The notes under the pieces: generated by a model
What the model was told of the DNA's origin: nothing
Database searches by the model: none
The model's input: the letters and a program-made list of their open reading frames with translations, nothing else
In this document: positions 23,539 to 32,000 of the stretch, piece by piece
Layout: the number at the start of each line of letters is the position of its first letter
How positions within the stretch are numbered: the stretch's first letter is position 1
NCBI RefSeq assembly: GCF_000406145.1
Contig: NZ_CM001976.1
Coordinates: forward strand, 3,644,232-3,676,231
Reading direction: 5' to 3'
DNA length: 32,000 bases
Origin: Dickeya dadantii NCPPB 898
GTDB taxonomy: Bacteria > Pseudomonadota > Gammaproteobacteria > Enterobacterales > Enterobacteriaceae
Made by a program: the position numbers and the translations under genes

Positions 23539-25686
23539 TTAGTGGTGGGAGGAGATCTTCACGCCGCCTTCCGGCACCGGCACATACGGCGTCTCCCGGT
23601 CGGAACGTTCCGACGAGTTTCGCTCACTCATCGCGGTGCGGATACCATAGAAAATTATGCTATACACCACCACCAGGAACAAAATACTCAGCCCGGCATT
23701 AGTATAGTTGTTGACGACAATGTGATGCATGTTGCTGATCTGCTGCGCGCTCAGGTCGGTGCCTTCGGCAATGCGCTGTTTGTAAACGCGCGCCAGATAC
23801 AGAAAACCTTCCATCTGCGGATTATTGCTAAACAGCTTCAGCCCCAGCGCCCAGGTGGTGCAGATCAGCAGCCAGACCGCCGGCAGCATTGTCACCCAAA
23901 TATAGCGGGTACGTTTCATCTTGATCAGCACCACGGTGCCCAGCACCAGCGCCACCGCGGCCAACATCTGGTTAGAGATGCCGAACAGCGGCCACAGGCT
24001 CTTGACGCCGCCCAGCGGATCCACCACGCCCTGATACAGCAGGTAGCCCCACAGTCCGACGCAACCGGCGGTGCCGACGATACCCGCGACCAGTGAATCG
24101 GTCTTTTTCAGGAACGGGACGAAGTTGCCCAGCAGGTCCTGCAGCATAAAGCGGCCGGAACGGGTGCCCGCATCCAGCGCGGTCAGAATAAACAGCGCTT
24201 CGAACAGAATACCGAAGTGATACCAGAAGCCCATGTTGGCACTGGGGATGATCTGATGGAACACATAAGCGATCCCTACCGCCAGCGTCGGCGCGCCGCC
24301 GGCGCGGTTGAGCACGGACGGCTCGCCGATGTCCTTCGCGGTTTGCAGGATCTGCTCCGGCGAAATCACAAAGCCCCAGGAACTGACGGTGGCCGCCGCC
24401 TGCACGGTGACGTCGTGCAGTTGCGCCATGATCGCCGGCGCATTGGCGCCGCCCAGCTCGTGCAGGTTAGGCATGGTGATGCCCAGCCCCACCGGCGGGG
24501 TGTTCATGGCGAAGTACAGGCCCGGCTCGATGATCGACGCGGCGACCAGCGCCATGATGGCGACAAAGGACTCCATCAGCATCGCGCCGTAACCGATGAA
24601 GCGAGCATCGGTTTCGTTGGCCAGCAGCTTCGGCGTGGTGCCGGATGCGATCAACGCATGGAACCCCGATACCGCGCCGCAGGCGATGGTAATAAACAGG
24701 AACGGGAACAGAGCGCCCTTCCACACCGGACCGGTGCCGTCGATAAACTGGGTCATGGACGGCATTTTCAGTTCGGGGTTGATGATCACAATACCGATCG
24801 CCAGACCGACGATTACCCCGATTTTCAGGAAGGTCGCCAGGTAGTCACGCGGCGCCAGGATCAACCACACCGGCAGCAGCGCGGAGATAAAGGCATAGCC
24901 GATCAGCGCGAAGGTGATGGTGGTGTCCTTGAAGGTCAGCGCCGGGCCCCAGTACGGGTCGTGGGCGATGACGCCGCCGAACCAGATCGCCAGCAGCAGC
25001 AGTACGATGCCGATCACCGACACTTCCCCCACCCGACCGGGGCGCAGGAAGCGCATATAAATGCCCATAAACAGCGCGATAGGCACGGTGGAGCAGACGG
25101 TGAACACGCCCCACGGGCTTTCCGCCAGCGCTTTCACCACGATCAACGCCAGTACCGCCAGGATGATGATCATTATCAGGAAGCAGCCGAACAGCGCGAT
25201 GGTGCCGGGCACCGGCCCCATTTCCTCTTTGATCATTTCCCCCAGCGAGACGCCATTGCGGCGGGTCGACATGAACAGCACCATGAAGTCCTGCACCGCG
25301 CCCGCCAGCACCACCCCGGCCAGCAGCCACAGCGTGCCTGGCAGGTAGCCCATCTGGGCCGCCAACACCGGGCCTACCAGCGGACCGGCGCCGGCGATGG
25401 CCGCGAAGTGGTGGCCGAACAACACATTGCGGTTGGTCGGCACATAGTTAAGCCCGTCGTTGTTGACCACCGCGGGCGTGGCGCGGTTGGCGTCGAGCTG
25501 CATCACCTTGCGGGCGATGTACAGACTGTAGTAACGGTAGGCCACCAGGTAGACCGCTACCGAAGCCACCACAATCCACATGGCGCTGACGTGTTCGCCG
25601 CGACGCAGCGCGACCACGCCGAGACAGCTGGCCCCGATGAACCCCAGTAACGCCCAGGGAAGATGCCTGAGAAGTTTATCTTTCAT
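23539..25686 (-). CDS. btsT: CstA-family pyruvate/H+ symporter BtsT (YjiY), 715 aa
   Basis: Near full-length collinearity with E. coli YjiY/BtsT (...GEHVSAMWIVVASV.VYLVAYRYYSLYIA.KVM.LD..RATPAV.NNDGLNYVPTN...ETPYVP.PEGGVKISSHH). Confidence 0.95.
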   Translation of the reverse strand: MKDKLLRHLPWALLGFIGASCLGVVALRRGEHVSAMWIVVASVAVYLVAYRYYSLYIARKVMQLDANRATPAVVNNDGLNYVPTNRNVLFGHHFAAIAGAGPLVGPVLAAQMGYLPGTLWLLAGVVLAGAVQDFMVLFMSTRRNGVSLGEMIKEEMGPVPGTIALFGCFLIMIIILAVLALIVVKALAESPWGVFTVCSTVPIALFMGIYMRFLRPGRVGEVSVIGIVLLLLAIWFGGVIAHDPYWGPALTFKDTTITFALIGYAFISALLPVWLILAPRDYLATFLKIGVIVGLAIGIVIINPELKMPSMTQFIDGTGPVWKGALFPFLFITIACGAVSGFHALIASGTTPKLLANETDARFIGYGAMLMESFVAIMALVAASIIEPGLYFAMNTPPVGLGITMPNLHELGGANAPAIMAQLHDVTVQAAATVSSWGFVISPEQILQTAKDIGEPSVLNRAGGAPTLAVGIAYVFHQIIPSANMGFWYHFGILFEALFILTALDAGTRSGRFMLQDLLGNFVPFLKKTDSLVAGIVGTAGCVGLWGYLLYQGVVDPLGGVKSLWPLFGISNQMLAAVALVLGTVVLIKMKRTRYIWVTMLPAVWLLICTTWALGLKLFSNNPQMEGFLYLARVYKQRIAEGTDLSAQQISNMHHIVVNNYTNAGLSILFLVVVYSIIFYGIRTAMSERNSSERSDRETPYVPVPEGGVKISSHH

Positions 25687-25780
25687 AGCGTTTACTCTTC
25701 TTATTGATGTAATTACTTATGATGTAGTCACCTGTCGTGACTGTAATCGGGCCACAAGTCGGGCAATAGCTGAATTTGCG

Positions 25781-25828
25781 TCAGCGGTCGGATAAGCCGA
25801 TGACCGGTCGCATACCGGGATAAGCGGT
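25781..25828 (-). promoter_or_regulatory. Three phased LytTR/BtsR-type boxes upstream of btsT
   Basis: Minus strand reads ACCGCTTA-N12-ACCGGTCA-N12-ACCGCTGA, at plus coordinates 25821-25828, 25801-25808 and 25781-25788, with an exact 20-bp period. The E. coli YehT/BtsR site in the yjiY promoter is, as I recall, a direct repeat of ACC[G/T]CT[C/T]A with a 13-bp spacer. The nearest box is about 95 bp from the btsT ATG. Confidence 0.6.
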
Positions 25829-25927
25829 GACGGATTTTTACCTGGATTGACGAAAGTTCACCCTTCGGCGGGCAACAGAAAAGCAGCACAAGATGCGATG
25901 CCGACACGGGTCAACGCACCGGCGACG

Positions 25928-25967
25928 AAGACAACCACAGGAAAAAGAAGACAACCACAGGAAAAAA
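25928..25967. repeat. Perfect 20-bp tandem duplication in the btsR-btsT spacer
   Basis: gaagacaaccacaggaaaaa occurs at 25928-25947 and again at 25948-25967. Confidence 0.95.
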
Positions 25968-26014
25968 CAGCGGCAGAAAGCAAAAGTCGGCCCGCGCAAA
26001 CACGGACCGGACGT

Positions 26015-26740
26015 TCACCCCTTAAGGCCGAGCAGTTGCTTGAGGGTTTTCAGGTAGCGGCGGCTGACCGGCAGCGGCTGGCCGCTTTTCAGCACAATTT
26101 CCGCCTGACCGCTCTCCTCCAGCCGGATTTCGCGCAGATGCTCCATGTTGACCAGATACTGCCGATGACAGCGCACCAGCGGGGTGCGGCTTTCCAGCGT
26201 TTTCAGGGTCAACTCGGTAAAGCACTCCTCCCCCTGCGGGCCGGTCACATACACCCCGCTCTGCCGCGAGCTGGCAAACTGCACTTCGCTGCTTTTCATC
26301 AGGTAAATACGGCTGTGCCCGGTACAAGGGATGTAGTCGAGGCCGGCCTGCGGGTCGGACAGCTTGTCGATATTCTGCGCCGGTCGCTCACGGTGCAGAT
26401 TGCGCAAGGTTTTCGCCAGCCGCGGCGGGTCAATCGGCTTGAGCAAATAATCGAACGCCTGTTCCTCGAACGCCTTGATGGCGTATTCGTCGTAGGCGGT
26501 AATGAACACGATGTAGGGCATATTGTCCGGGTCGATCATGCCGATCATCTCCAGCCCGCTGATGCGCGGCATCTGAATATCCAGAAATACCACGTCGGGA
26601 TGCAACCGGTGGATGGCGCTGATCGCCTCCACCGCATTCGCGCATTCGCCCACCAGCTCAAGGCCGTCATCCGATTCCAACAGGCAACGCAAATTGTCCC
26701 GCGCCAGCGGTTCATCATCAACAATCAGCACGGTCAGCAT
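26015..26740 (-). CDS. btsR: LytTR-family response regulator BtsR (YehT), 241 aa
   Basis: [15 protein letters not shown]........[33 protein letters not shown]...[27 protein letters not shown] and [19 protein letters not shown] are collinear with E. coli YehT. Confidence 0.93.
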   Translation of the reverse strand: MLTVLIVDDEPLARDNLRCLLESDDGLELVGECANAVEAISAIHRLHPDVVFLDIQMPRISGLEMIGMIDPDNMPYIVFITAYDEYAIKAFEEQAFDYLLKPIDPPRLAKTLRNLHRERPAQNIDKLSDPQAGLDYIPCTGHSRIYLMKSSEVQFASSRQSGVYVTGPQGEECFTELTLKTLESRTPLVRCHRQYLVNMEHLREIRLEESGQAEIVLKSGQPLPVSRRYLKTLKQLLGLKG

Positions 26741-28425
26741 AGCTGGCTTTCCTCACAAGGCAGGGTCAGATGGATATGGGTGTAACGGTCAGGCTCGCAT
26801 TCCACGCTCAGGCCATAGTCGTTGCCGTAACGGCTGCGGATGCGTTTATCCACCAGATTCATCCCCAGCCCGGTGCAGTTGGTGCGAGGCTGGTACAGGC
26901 CGGCATTATCCTCGATGCTCAGCAACAGGCGGTCGCCCTGCCGGCTGGCGCTGATGGTGATGATGCCGGTACCCAGCAGATGCGCCGTACCGTGCTTGAT
27001 GGCGTTTTCCACCAGCGGTTGTAACGAGAACGCCGGCAACCGCATCGACATCAGCGCCGGCGGCAGATTGAAACGGATCTGTAGCCGCTCCTGAAAACGG
27101 GCTTTCTCGATTTGCAGATAGGCGTTCACATGTTCGATCTCATCGGCCAGTGTAACAACTTCTTCAGAGCGTTTGAGGTTCTTGCGAAAGAACGTCGACA
27201 GCGACTGCACCAGCCGGCCGGCCTGTTCGCTGTCGCGGCGGATCACCGCCAGCAGGGTATTGAGCGCGTTAAACAGGAAATGCGGGTTGACCTGGGCATG
27301 CAGCAGCTTGATTTCCGACTGCGTCAGCAACTGCTTGCTGCGCTCATACTGACCGGCCAGGATCTGCGCGGCCAGCAGGCTGGCGATACCTTCGCCGAAG
27401 GTGCGATTGATCGAACTGAACAGGCGGTTTTTGGCCTCATACAGTTTGATGGTGCCGATCACCTGCTGATTTTCACCGCACAGCGGGATCACCAGCGTCG
27501 ATCCTAAACGACAGGTGGACTGCAACGAGCACTGGTAAGGCGTTTCGTTGCCGTCGGCGTACACCACCTCGTTGTGTTCGATGGCGCGCCGGGTATGACC
27601 CGATGCGATAGGCGTTCCCGGCAAATGGTGGTCGTCGCCGATGCCGATAAAGGCCAGCAGCTTTTCGCGATCGGTGATCGCCACCGCGCCGATGTCCATC
27701 TCCTGATAGATCACCTGCGCCACCCGCATGCTGTTTTCTTCGTTAAACCCTTGGTGCAGGATACCTTCGGTGCACGCGGCGATTTTCAACGCCCGCGCTG
27801 AAAACGCCGAAGTGTACTTTTCGAACATCGCGCGCCGGTCCAGCAGGATGCGCATAAACATCGCCGCGCCAATGCTGTTGGTGACGATCATCGGCGCCGC
27901 AATGTCCTTAACCAGCTTCAGCGCGTCGTCAAACGGCCGTGCCAGCGACAAAATAATCGCCATTTGCAGCAATTCGGCGATAAACGTCACCCCCGCCACG
28001 GTAAAGGGATTGAACAGCCGGTCGACCCGGCCGCGACGCATCAGCAAACGGTGCGCCATGCCGCCCAGCAGCCCCTCGACGATGGTCGATACCATACAAC
28101 TGAACGCGGTCATACCGCCGAGTGAATAACGGTGCAGCCCGCCGGTCATCCCCACCAGCATCCCCACGCCCGGCCCGCCGAGCAGGCCGCCCAGCACCGC
28201 GCCGATCGCGCGGGTATTGGCGATGGAGTCCTGCACATGCAGCCCGAAATAGGTGCCCATGATGCAGAACATGGAAAACATGGCGTAGCACAACAGCTTA
28301 TGCGGCAACCGAACCGTCACCTGCATCAGGGGGATAAACAGCGGCGTTTTACTGAGCAGATAGGCGATCACCAGGTAGACGCACATCTGCTGGAGCAACA
28401 GTAAAACCAGTTTGAACTCATACAT
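26734..28425 (-). CDS. btsS: LytS-family sensor histidine kinase BtsS (YehU), 563 aa
   Basis: The ATG at 28425 ([42 protein letters not shown]) compares with E. coli Yeh[24 protein letters not shown]... The 5TM-Lyt, GAF and HK regions are collinear. Its stop overlaps the btsR start (ATGCTGA). Confidence 0.93.
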   Translation of the reverse strand: MYEFKLVLLLLQQMCVYLVIAYLLSKTPLFIPLMQVTVRLPHKLLCYAMFSMFCIMGTYFGLHVQDSIANTRAIGAVLGGLLGGPGVGMLVGMTGGLHRYSLGGMTAFSCMVSTIVEGLLGGMAHRLLMRRGRVDRLFNPFTVAGVTFIAELLQMAIILSLARPFDDALKLVKDIAAPMIVTNSIGAAMFMRILLDRRAMFEKYTSAFSARALKIAACTEGILHQGFNEENSMRVAQVIYQEMDIGAVAITDREKLLAFIGIGDDHHLPGTPIASGHTRRAIEHNEVVYADGNETPYQCSLQSTCRLGSTLVIPLCGENQQVIGTIKLYEAKNRLFSSINRTFGEGIASLLAAQILAGQYERSKQLLTQSEIKLLHAQVNPHFLFNALNTLLAVIRRDSEQAGRLVQSLSTFFRKNLKRSEEVVTLADEIEHVNAYLQIEKARFQERLQIRFNLPPALMSMRLPAFSLQPLVENAIKHGTAHLLGTGIITISASRQGDRLLLSIEDNAGLYQPRTNCTGLGMNLVDKRIRSRYGNDYGLSVECEPDRYTHIHLTLPCEESQLC

Positions 28426-28531
28426 GATAAAAACTCGGACGGGGCAAAAAAACCGGGAATCGGACGATTCCCTGAGGAGCATACCCTAACACAAACTCGC
28501 GACGTTACCTTGACGCGTTTCACTTATTTGG

Positions 28532-28658
28532 ACACCCGTCATATTCCACTGCCACGTTGCAGATGTTTGCCATTGTCGCTCACCCCGTCACTGACTTGAG
28601 TCAGCGACGGGGATGTGCTGCATTGCCGTCTTTCTGCATCCCGAATTATTTCGGGTAT
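28532..28658 (-). repeat. ERIC element, canonical length of about 127 bp, inverted orientation
   Basis: acacccgtcatattccactgccacgttgcag...cgctcaccccgtcactgacttgagtcagcgacggggatg...ctgcatcccgaattatttcgggtat shows both ERIC arms and the central inverted repeat. Confidence 0.85.
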
Positions 28659-28888
28659 GCGCTTTATTAAACTAAAACGTTATACCTGGCTACAAGATTA
28701 TATTTAACTAAAACCCCTGCATTGCATTAAACACGCCGCATTGAATAAAAAACTAACCGCACGCCAGATATGCACTAAAAACACATCACCTATAAAAATA
28801 TCTTGCGCTAAATATCAATACAGGATTGATACCGAATTAACGTACCGTTTCATCAATGCATGAATAACGTGTTGAAGGATTCAGCGTA

Positions 28889-29197
28889 TTACAACGCTTT
28901 GGCGCTCCCGGCCCATTCGGAGTAAAAGTGACCCGAGCAAATTGCCGGTTCAATCGTTTTAATATCTACCCGGACCAACCCCAGATTGACGAAAGGATCG
29001 TCTGACAGCGCGGCGGTCACTGCCGCACTATCCGTGGTATAAGCCAGAATAAACCCACCGGTGCCGTCTTCTAACGGGCCGGCAAAAACCACTCGCCCTT
29101 GTTTAATATTATCGGCAAGCCACTTTTTGTGTGCATCAATATGCTTTTCAAGTTCATGTTTCGTGCTGGAATATTCAAGCGTAATAGCATGTAACAT
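28889..29197 (-). CDS. YciI-like (YCII-related) small protein, 102 aa
   Basis: The ATG at 29197 sits 5 nt after AAGGTGG; the track start at 29206 is a GTG inside the RBS. H...H..WL......G.V.FAGP..DG.GGF.L........A......DPF........V.I is the YciI-family pattern. Confidence 0.75.
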   Translation of the reverse strand: MLHAITLEYSSTKHELEKHIDAHKKWLADNIKQGRVVFAGPLEDGTGGFILAYTTDSAAVTAALSDDPFVNLGLVRVDIKTIEPAICSGHFYSEWAGSAKAL

Positions 29198-29220
29198 CGT
29201 GACCACCTTAATTAAGTGAG

Positions 29221-29844
29221 TTAGGCAGCAAGAGAGTCAATAATTGACTGAATTGATGATTTGGCGTTTTGGATTTCACGATTTCTTATTTCATCGCCTT
29301 TTGACGCCCCTTCCGCACGAACGAAATAAATATCGGTAATACCGAGGAACCGAAAAAAAGCCTGAAGATAGCGCTCCTGAAAATCCATACCGGCAAAAGG
29401 CTGTTCGGCATAAAAACCGCCGCGCGCGGAAACCACAATCACGGTTCTGCCGCCGGACAGACCTACCGGCCCGGTTTCGGTATATTTAAATGTCTTTCCT
29501 GCCTGCGCAATTCTATCCAGCCAGGCTTTCAGTTGGCTGGATACGGAAAAGTTGTACATCGGCGCGCCGATCACAATCACGTCATTAGCCAGAAACTCTG
29601 CCACCAATTGTTCGGAGATCACGTGCTCCTGCAACGTTGAACTGTCCGCCGACACTGACGCTATCTGGCGGAAACCAGCGGCAATGGCGCCGGTCAAATG
29701 ACGGATTTCATGTTTCACGACATCACGGTAAGACACGGAGGCCTGCGGATGGTGTTTGACTAACCGCGCAATAACATCAGCGGAAATCTGCCGTGTCACT
29801 GAGCCGTCTTCAAGAATACTGGAGTCTATATGTAAAACTTTCAC
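29221..29844 (-). CDS. azoR: FMN-dependent NADH-azoreductase / quinone reductase (AzoR family), 207 aa
   Basis: GTG start at 29844, 5 nt after GGAGAGG. MKVLHIDSSIL...VIVIGAPMYNFSVSSQLKAWLDRIAQAGKTFKYTETGPVGL..GRTVIVVSARGG...FL.F.GITD..FV.AEG parallels E. coli AzoR. It may be a paralogue rather than the orthologue. Confidence 0.8.
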   Translation of the reverse strand: MKVLHIDSSILEDGSVTRQISADVIARLVKHHPQASVSYRDVVKHEIRHLTGAIAAGFRQIASVSADSSTLQEHVISEQLVAEFLANDVIVIGAPMYNFSVSSQLKAWLDRIAQAGKTFKYTETGPVGLSGGRTVIVVSARGGFYAEQPFAGMDFQERYLQAFFRFLGITDIYFVRAEGASKGDEIRNREIQNAKSSIQSIIDSLAA

Positions 29845-29877
29845 AATAACCTCTCCTTTATTTTCAAGCTTGTTTGC

Positions 29878-30651
29878 TCATTTAATCGCTTTGGCTGCAC
29901 TATCAATAAAATTCGCGACAGCATCAGGGTGTGACACAAGAGACATGTGACTGGATGAAATCGACATGACTTTTGCGCCGATGTGGTCAGATATTTTTTT
30001 CTGAATCGATGAATTTAATGCGTTGTCATTTTCCGTCAGCAAATACCACGTGGGTTTGTCTTTCCACGCCGCATGCTGAACCTTATCGCCAAACGCTTTT
30101 GCGGCGATCGGCTGTTGTACCGCGGTCAATGCCCGTACTTTTTTTAGCGGCACATCCCCCGCCATAACCGCCCGGAACTGTTCCGGGTTATCCAGCCAGA
30201 TTAAACCATTTGAATCCGGCGCCATCCCTTCCATCGGTGCTTGCAGGCGCTGCAATAAATCAGCAACGGATTCTCCGCTGTCCGGCACCAGCGCCGATAA
30301 ATAGACGATTCCACGAACGTTCGACGCATTACCGGCCTGGGTGACCACGGCGCCCGCCCATGAATGCCCCACCAGCAACACATCCCCCTGCTGCCTTTGC
30401 AACACGTTCTCTGTCGCTTTGACGTCGTCGGCCAACGAGGTGAGCGGGTTTTGAACCGCGGTGACATGGTATCCCATGCCTTGCAACCGAGTCGTCACCG
30501 CCGACCAACTGGAACCATCGGCAAAGGCGCCATGAACTAATACGATATTCTTAATTTTCGCGGCCTCCGCAATAGGTTGAACACTGGCAAAGAGAAGCAA
30601 CCCCAGGCTGATAGCCAGTTTGCGCAGCCAGGCAGAACGGGAATACGTCAT
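29878..30651 (-). CDS. Secreted alpha/beta-fold hydrolase, 257 aa
   Basis: RBS AAGGAGAG. Signal-like MTYSRSAWLRKLAISLGLLLFASVQPIAEA. NIVLVHGAFADGSSW and the nucleophile-elbow VGHSWAG. SSSHMSL near the C-terminus supplies the catalytic His. Confidence 0.8.
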   Translation of the reverse strand: MTYSRSAWLRKLAISLGLLLFASVQPIAEAAKIKNIVLVHGAFADGSSWSAVTTRLQGMGYHVTAVQNPLTSLADDVKATENVLQRQQGDVLLVGHSWAGAVVTQAGNASNVRGIVYLSALVPDSGESVADLLQRLQAPMEGMAPDSNGLIWLDNPEQFRAVMAGDVPLKKVRALTAVQQPIAAKAFGDKVQHAAWKDKPTWYLLTENDNALNSSIQKKISDHIGAKVMSISSSHMSLVSHPDAVANFIDSAAKAIK

Positions 30652-30822
30652 AGACTCTCCTTGGGCAGATTAATGACGATCGCCGGGTTTTCCCTGATGT
30701 TTCATTACCCTTGCGATACGGAATGGTTGAAGTTTAGTCGGAAAAAACGCTTGAGGTAAGGTGGCAAATTTGACATGGTTCATGCAAAATCAGCCAATAT
30801 TCACTGACAGAGAGACATCGCG

Positions 30823-31863
30823 ATGCGTATCTCCATTCTGGCTCTGCCCGGCAGCATGTCGTCGGCCATTGCGGGGCTGGCCGACATATTCTGGATGGTC
30901 AATCAGGCGCTGATGACAAGACCGGAAGGGAAAGCGCCGCCCGCGCCCGCCGGCCTGTGTTTTGAAACCGCGATTATCAGTGCCGATGGCAAGCCGGTAC
31001 GCGACGCGCAGGGACGGCTTATCTACGTCGACAGTTCGTTTGACGCTAGCGAGAAATCAGACATGGTGCTGGCCACCGGCATGATGCTCGGCCCCGATAA
31101 ATTACCGGCGTCGGCCACCTCCGTTGGTGAATCGGCGTGCTGGTTGAAACAGCAATACCAGCGAGGCGCACTGATAGGCGGCGCCTGTGCCGGAAGTTTC
31201 ATTTTGGGTGAAGCCGGGCTGCTGGATGGGCGGTTTTGCAGTACCACCTGGTGGCTCTACCACACCTTTAAACAGCGTTATCCCAAGGCGAAACCGGTAT
31301 GGGGAAAAGCGCTGGAAGAGCAGGACGGCATCATCACTACCGGCGGCCCGCTATCCTGGGTTGAGCTTGCGCTGCATATTATTCGGCAGCAGGCAGGCCC
31401 CGACATCGCCAAGCTGGCGGCGGATATTGCCGTTGCCGATAGCCAACCGTTGTCGCAGCGCATTTATGCTCCGCAAGGGTTCATGAATACGGTGAATCCG
31501 TTACTGCTACGCGCAGAACACCTGATCCGATACGAGAACCCATCAATAACGGCGGAAGAGCTGGCTCGCGCCCTGAATTTTAGCGATCGGACACTGCACA
31601 GAAAAATCAAAGAGCTTACCAACGAGAGCCCGAAAAATTTTATTACGCGCGTCAGAATCGAAACGGCCTGTCTGCTGCTCGAAAACCCGATAGCCAACAT
31701 CAAGCGGGTGGCGCAAGAGTGTGGTTACAGTGAAGATACGGCGTTCAGACGCGCGTTTTCACAGCTGATGGGGATGACGCCTGTTCAGTATAGAAAATGG
31801 GCGATGCGAAGAAACGATAAGGCCGCGACGTCGGCGCCGTCTGAAATAAAAAACCCCGGATGA
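30823..31863 (+). CDS. GlxA-type transcriptional regulator (DJ-1/PfpI-like domain + AraC HTH), 346 aa
   Basis: N-terminal MRISILALPGSMSSAIAGLADIF...GGACAGSFILGEAGLLDGR..STTWW is a class-I glutamine-amidotransferase-like fold. C-terminal LARALNFSDRTLHRKIKE....SPK.FIT..RIE.A..LL......I..VA..CGY.....FRRAF....G..P..YR is an AraC HTH. It is divergent from the hydrolase-azoR-yciI-like operon. Confidence 0.85.
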   Translation: MRISILALPGSMSSAIAGLADIFWMVNQALMTRPEGKAPPAPAGLCFETAIISADGKPVRDAQGRLIYVDSSFDASEKSDMVLATGMMLGPDKLPASATSVGESACWLKQQYQRGALIGGACAGSFILGEAGLLDGRFCSTTWWLYHTFKQRYPKAKPVWGKALEEQDGIITTGGPLSWVELALHIIRQQAGPDIAKLAADIAVADSQPLSQRIYAPQGFMNTVNPLLLRAEHLIRYENPSITAEELARALNFSDRTLHRKIKELTNESPKNFITRVRIETACLLLENPIANIKRVAQECGYSEDTAFRRAFSQLMGMTPVQYRKWAMRRNDKAATSAPSEIKNPG

Positions 31864-31875
31864 ACATATCCGGGG
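31854..31875 (-). terminator. Rho-independent terminator oriented for a minus-strand gene entering from the right edge; it overlaps the stop codon of the + strand regulator
   Basis: ccccggat (31854-31861) / atccgggg (31868-31875), an 8-bp stem with a 6-nt loop. The A-run at 31844-31853 on + is a T-run after the hairpin on the - strand. Confidence 0.65.
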
Positions 31876-31934
31876 TCATAAAAAGACAAAAAACAGTCGC
31901 CGTTTCAGGCTTAGAGCCTATCCCAATAGGCTCT

Positions 31935-31988
31935 TAACCGCGATGTTCTTTCTAACTGCGATGTTCTTCCTAACCGCGATGCTCTTCA
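31935..31988. repeat. Three tandem 18-bp repeats at the right window edge
   Basis: taaccgcgatgttctttc / taactgcgatgttcttcc / taaccgcgatgctcttca. Confidence 0.85.
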
Positions 31989-32000
31989 ATGTAGCGAGCT

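Noticed and set aside
24217-25650. 477-aa + strand ORF over btsT, plus 23332-24096, 25847-26785, 5035-6063(-) and 19685-20404(-)
   Set aside because: All are antisense to strongly supported genes (btsT, btsR, catalase, eutR). They have Arg/His/Gln/Asp-rich low complexity and no RBS.
28670-28790. Recurrent AACTAAAAC-type words (28670-28678, 28706-28714 and two looser copies) upstream of btsS
   Set aside because: These are short words in very AT-rich DNA with irregular spacing. I cannot distinguish them from low-complexity chance.

Overview
Moderately GC-rich enterobacterial chromosome segment. The close E. coli orthologues and three ERIC repeats point to Enterobacterales. The gene mix resembles a soft-rot Pectobacteriaceae such as Dickeya, but that is a guess. 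I can support 28 protein genes.

Gene order, left to right:
- cybB-like cytochrome b561 and a LysE-family exporter (-)
- an unknown 217-aa protein (-)
- an orphan budC acetoin reductase
- a cysteine-free MarR regulator
- a signal-peptide-bearing monofunctional catalase plus an ankyrin-repeat partner (katB-ankB-type pair)
- a 31-aa MgtS small membrane protein (-) that the ORF track missed
- a 0.6-kb AT-rich ORF-free spacer
- an orphan phage tail-completion-like gene
- the ytfQ-ytfR-ytfT-yjfF galactofuranose ABC transporter, bracketed by two inverted ERIC copies

An accessory block follows:
- a PsiD-like PSD-family pyruvoyl decarboxylase plus a cytoplasmic C69 dipeptidase, preceded by a 4x 17-bp repeat array
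- a candidate cobalamin-riboswitch-like leader
- an orphan eutE-eutR pair with no other eut or microcompartment genes
- a small secreted protein
- an Nmad2-like protein in an AT-rich islet beside yjiA

The window ends with btsS-btsR-btsT-yjiX-yjiA on one strand (sensor, regulator and target transporter together, with three phased LytTR-type boxes), a third ERIC, and a GlxA/AraC-type regulator divergent from a hydrolase-azoreductase-YciI operon.

No rRNA, tRNA, CRISPR array, transposase or integrase was seen. Many long ORFs in the track are antisense shadows of real genes.

The most interesting candidates, all unverified without searches, are:
- the PsiD-like/C69 module
- the riboswitch-like element in front of the orphan eutE
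- the lone Nmad2-like gene at a position syntenic with the E. coli immigration-control hotspot
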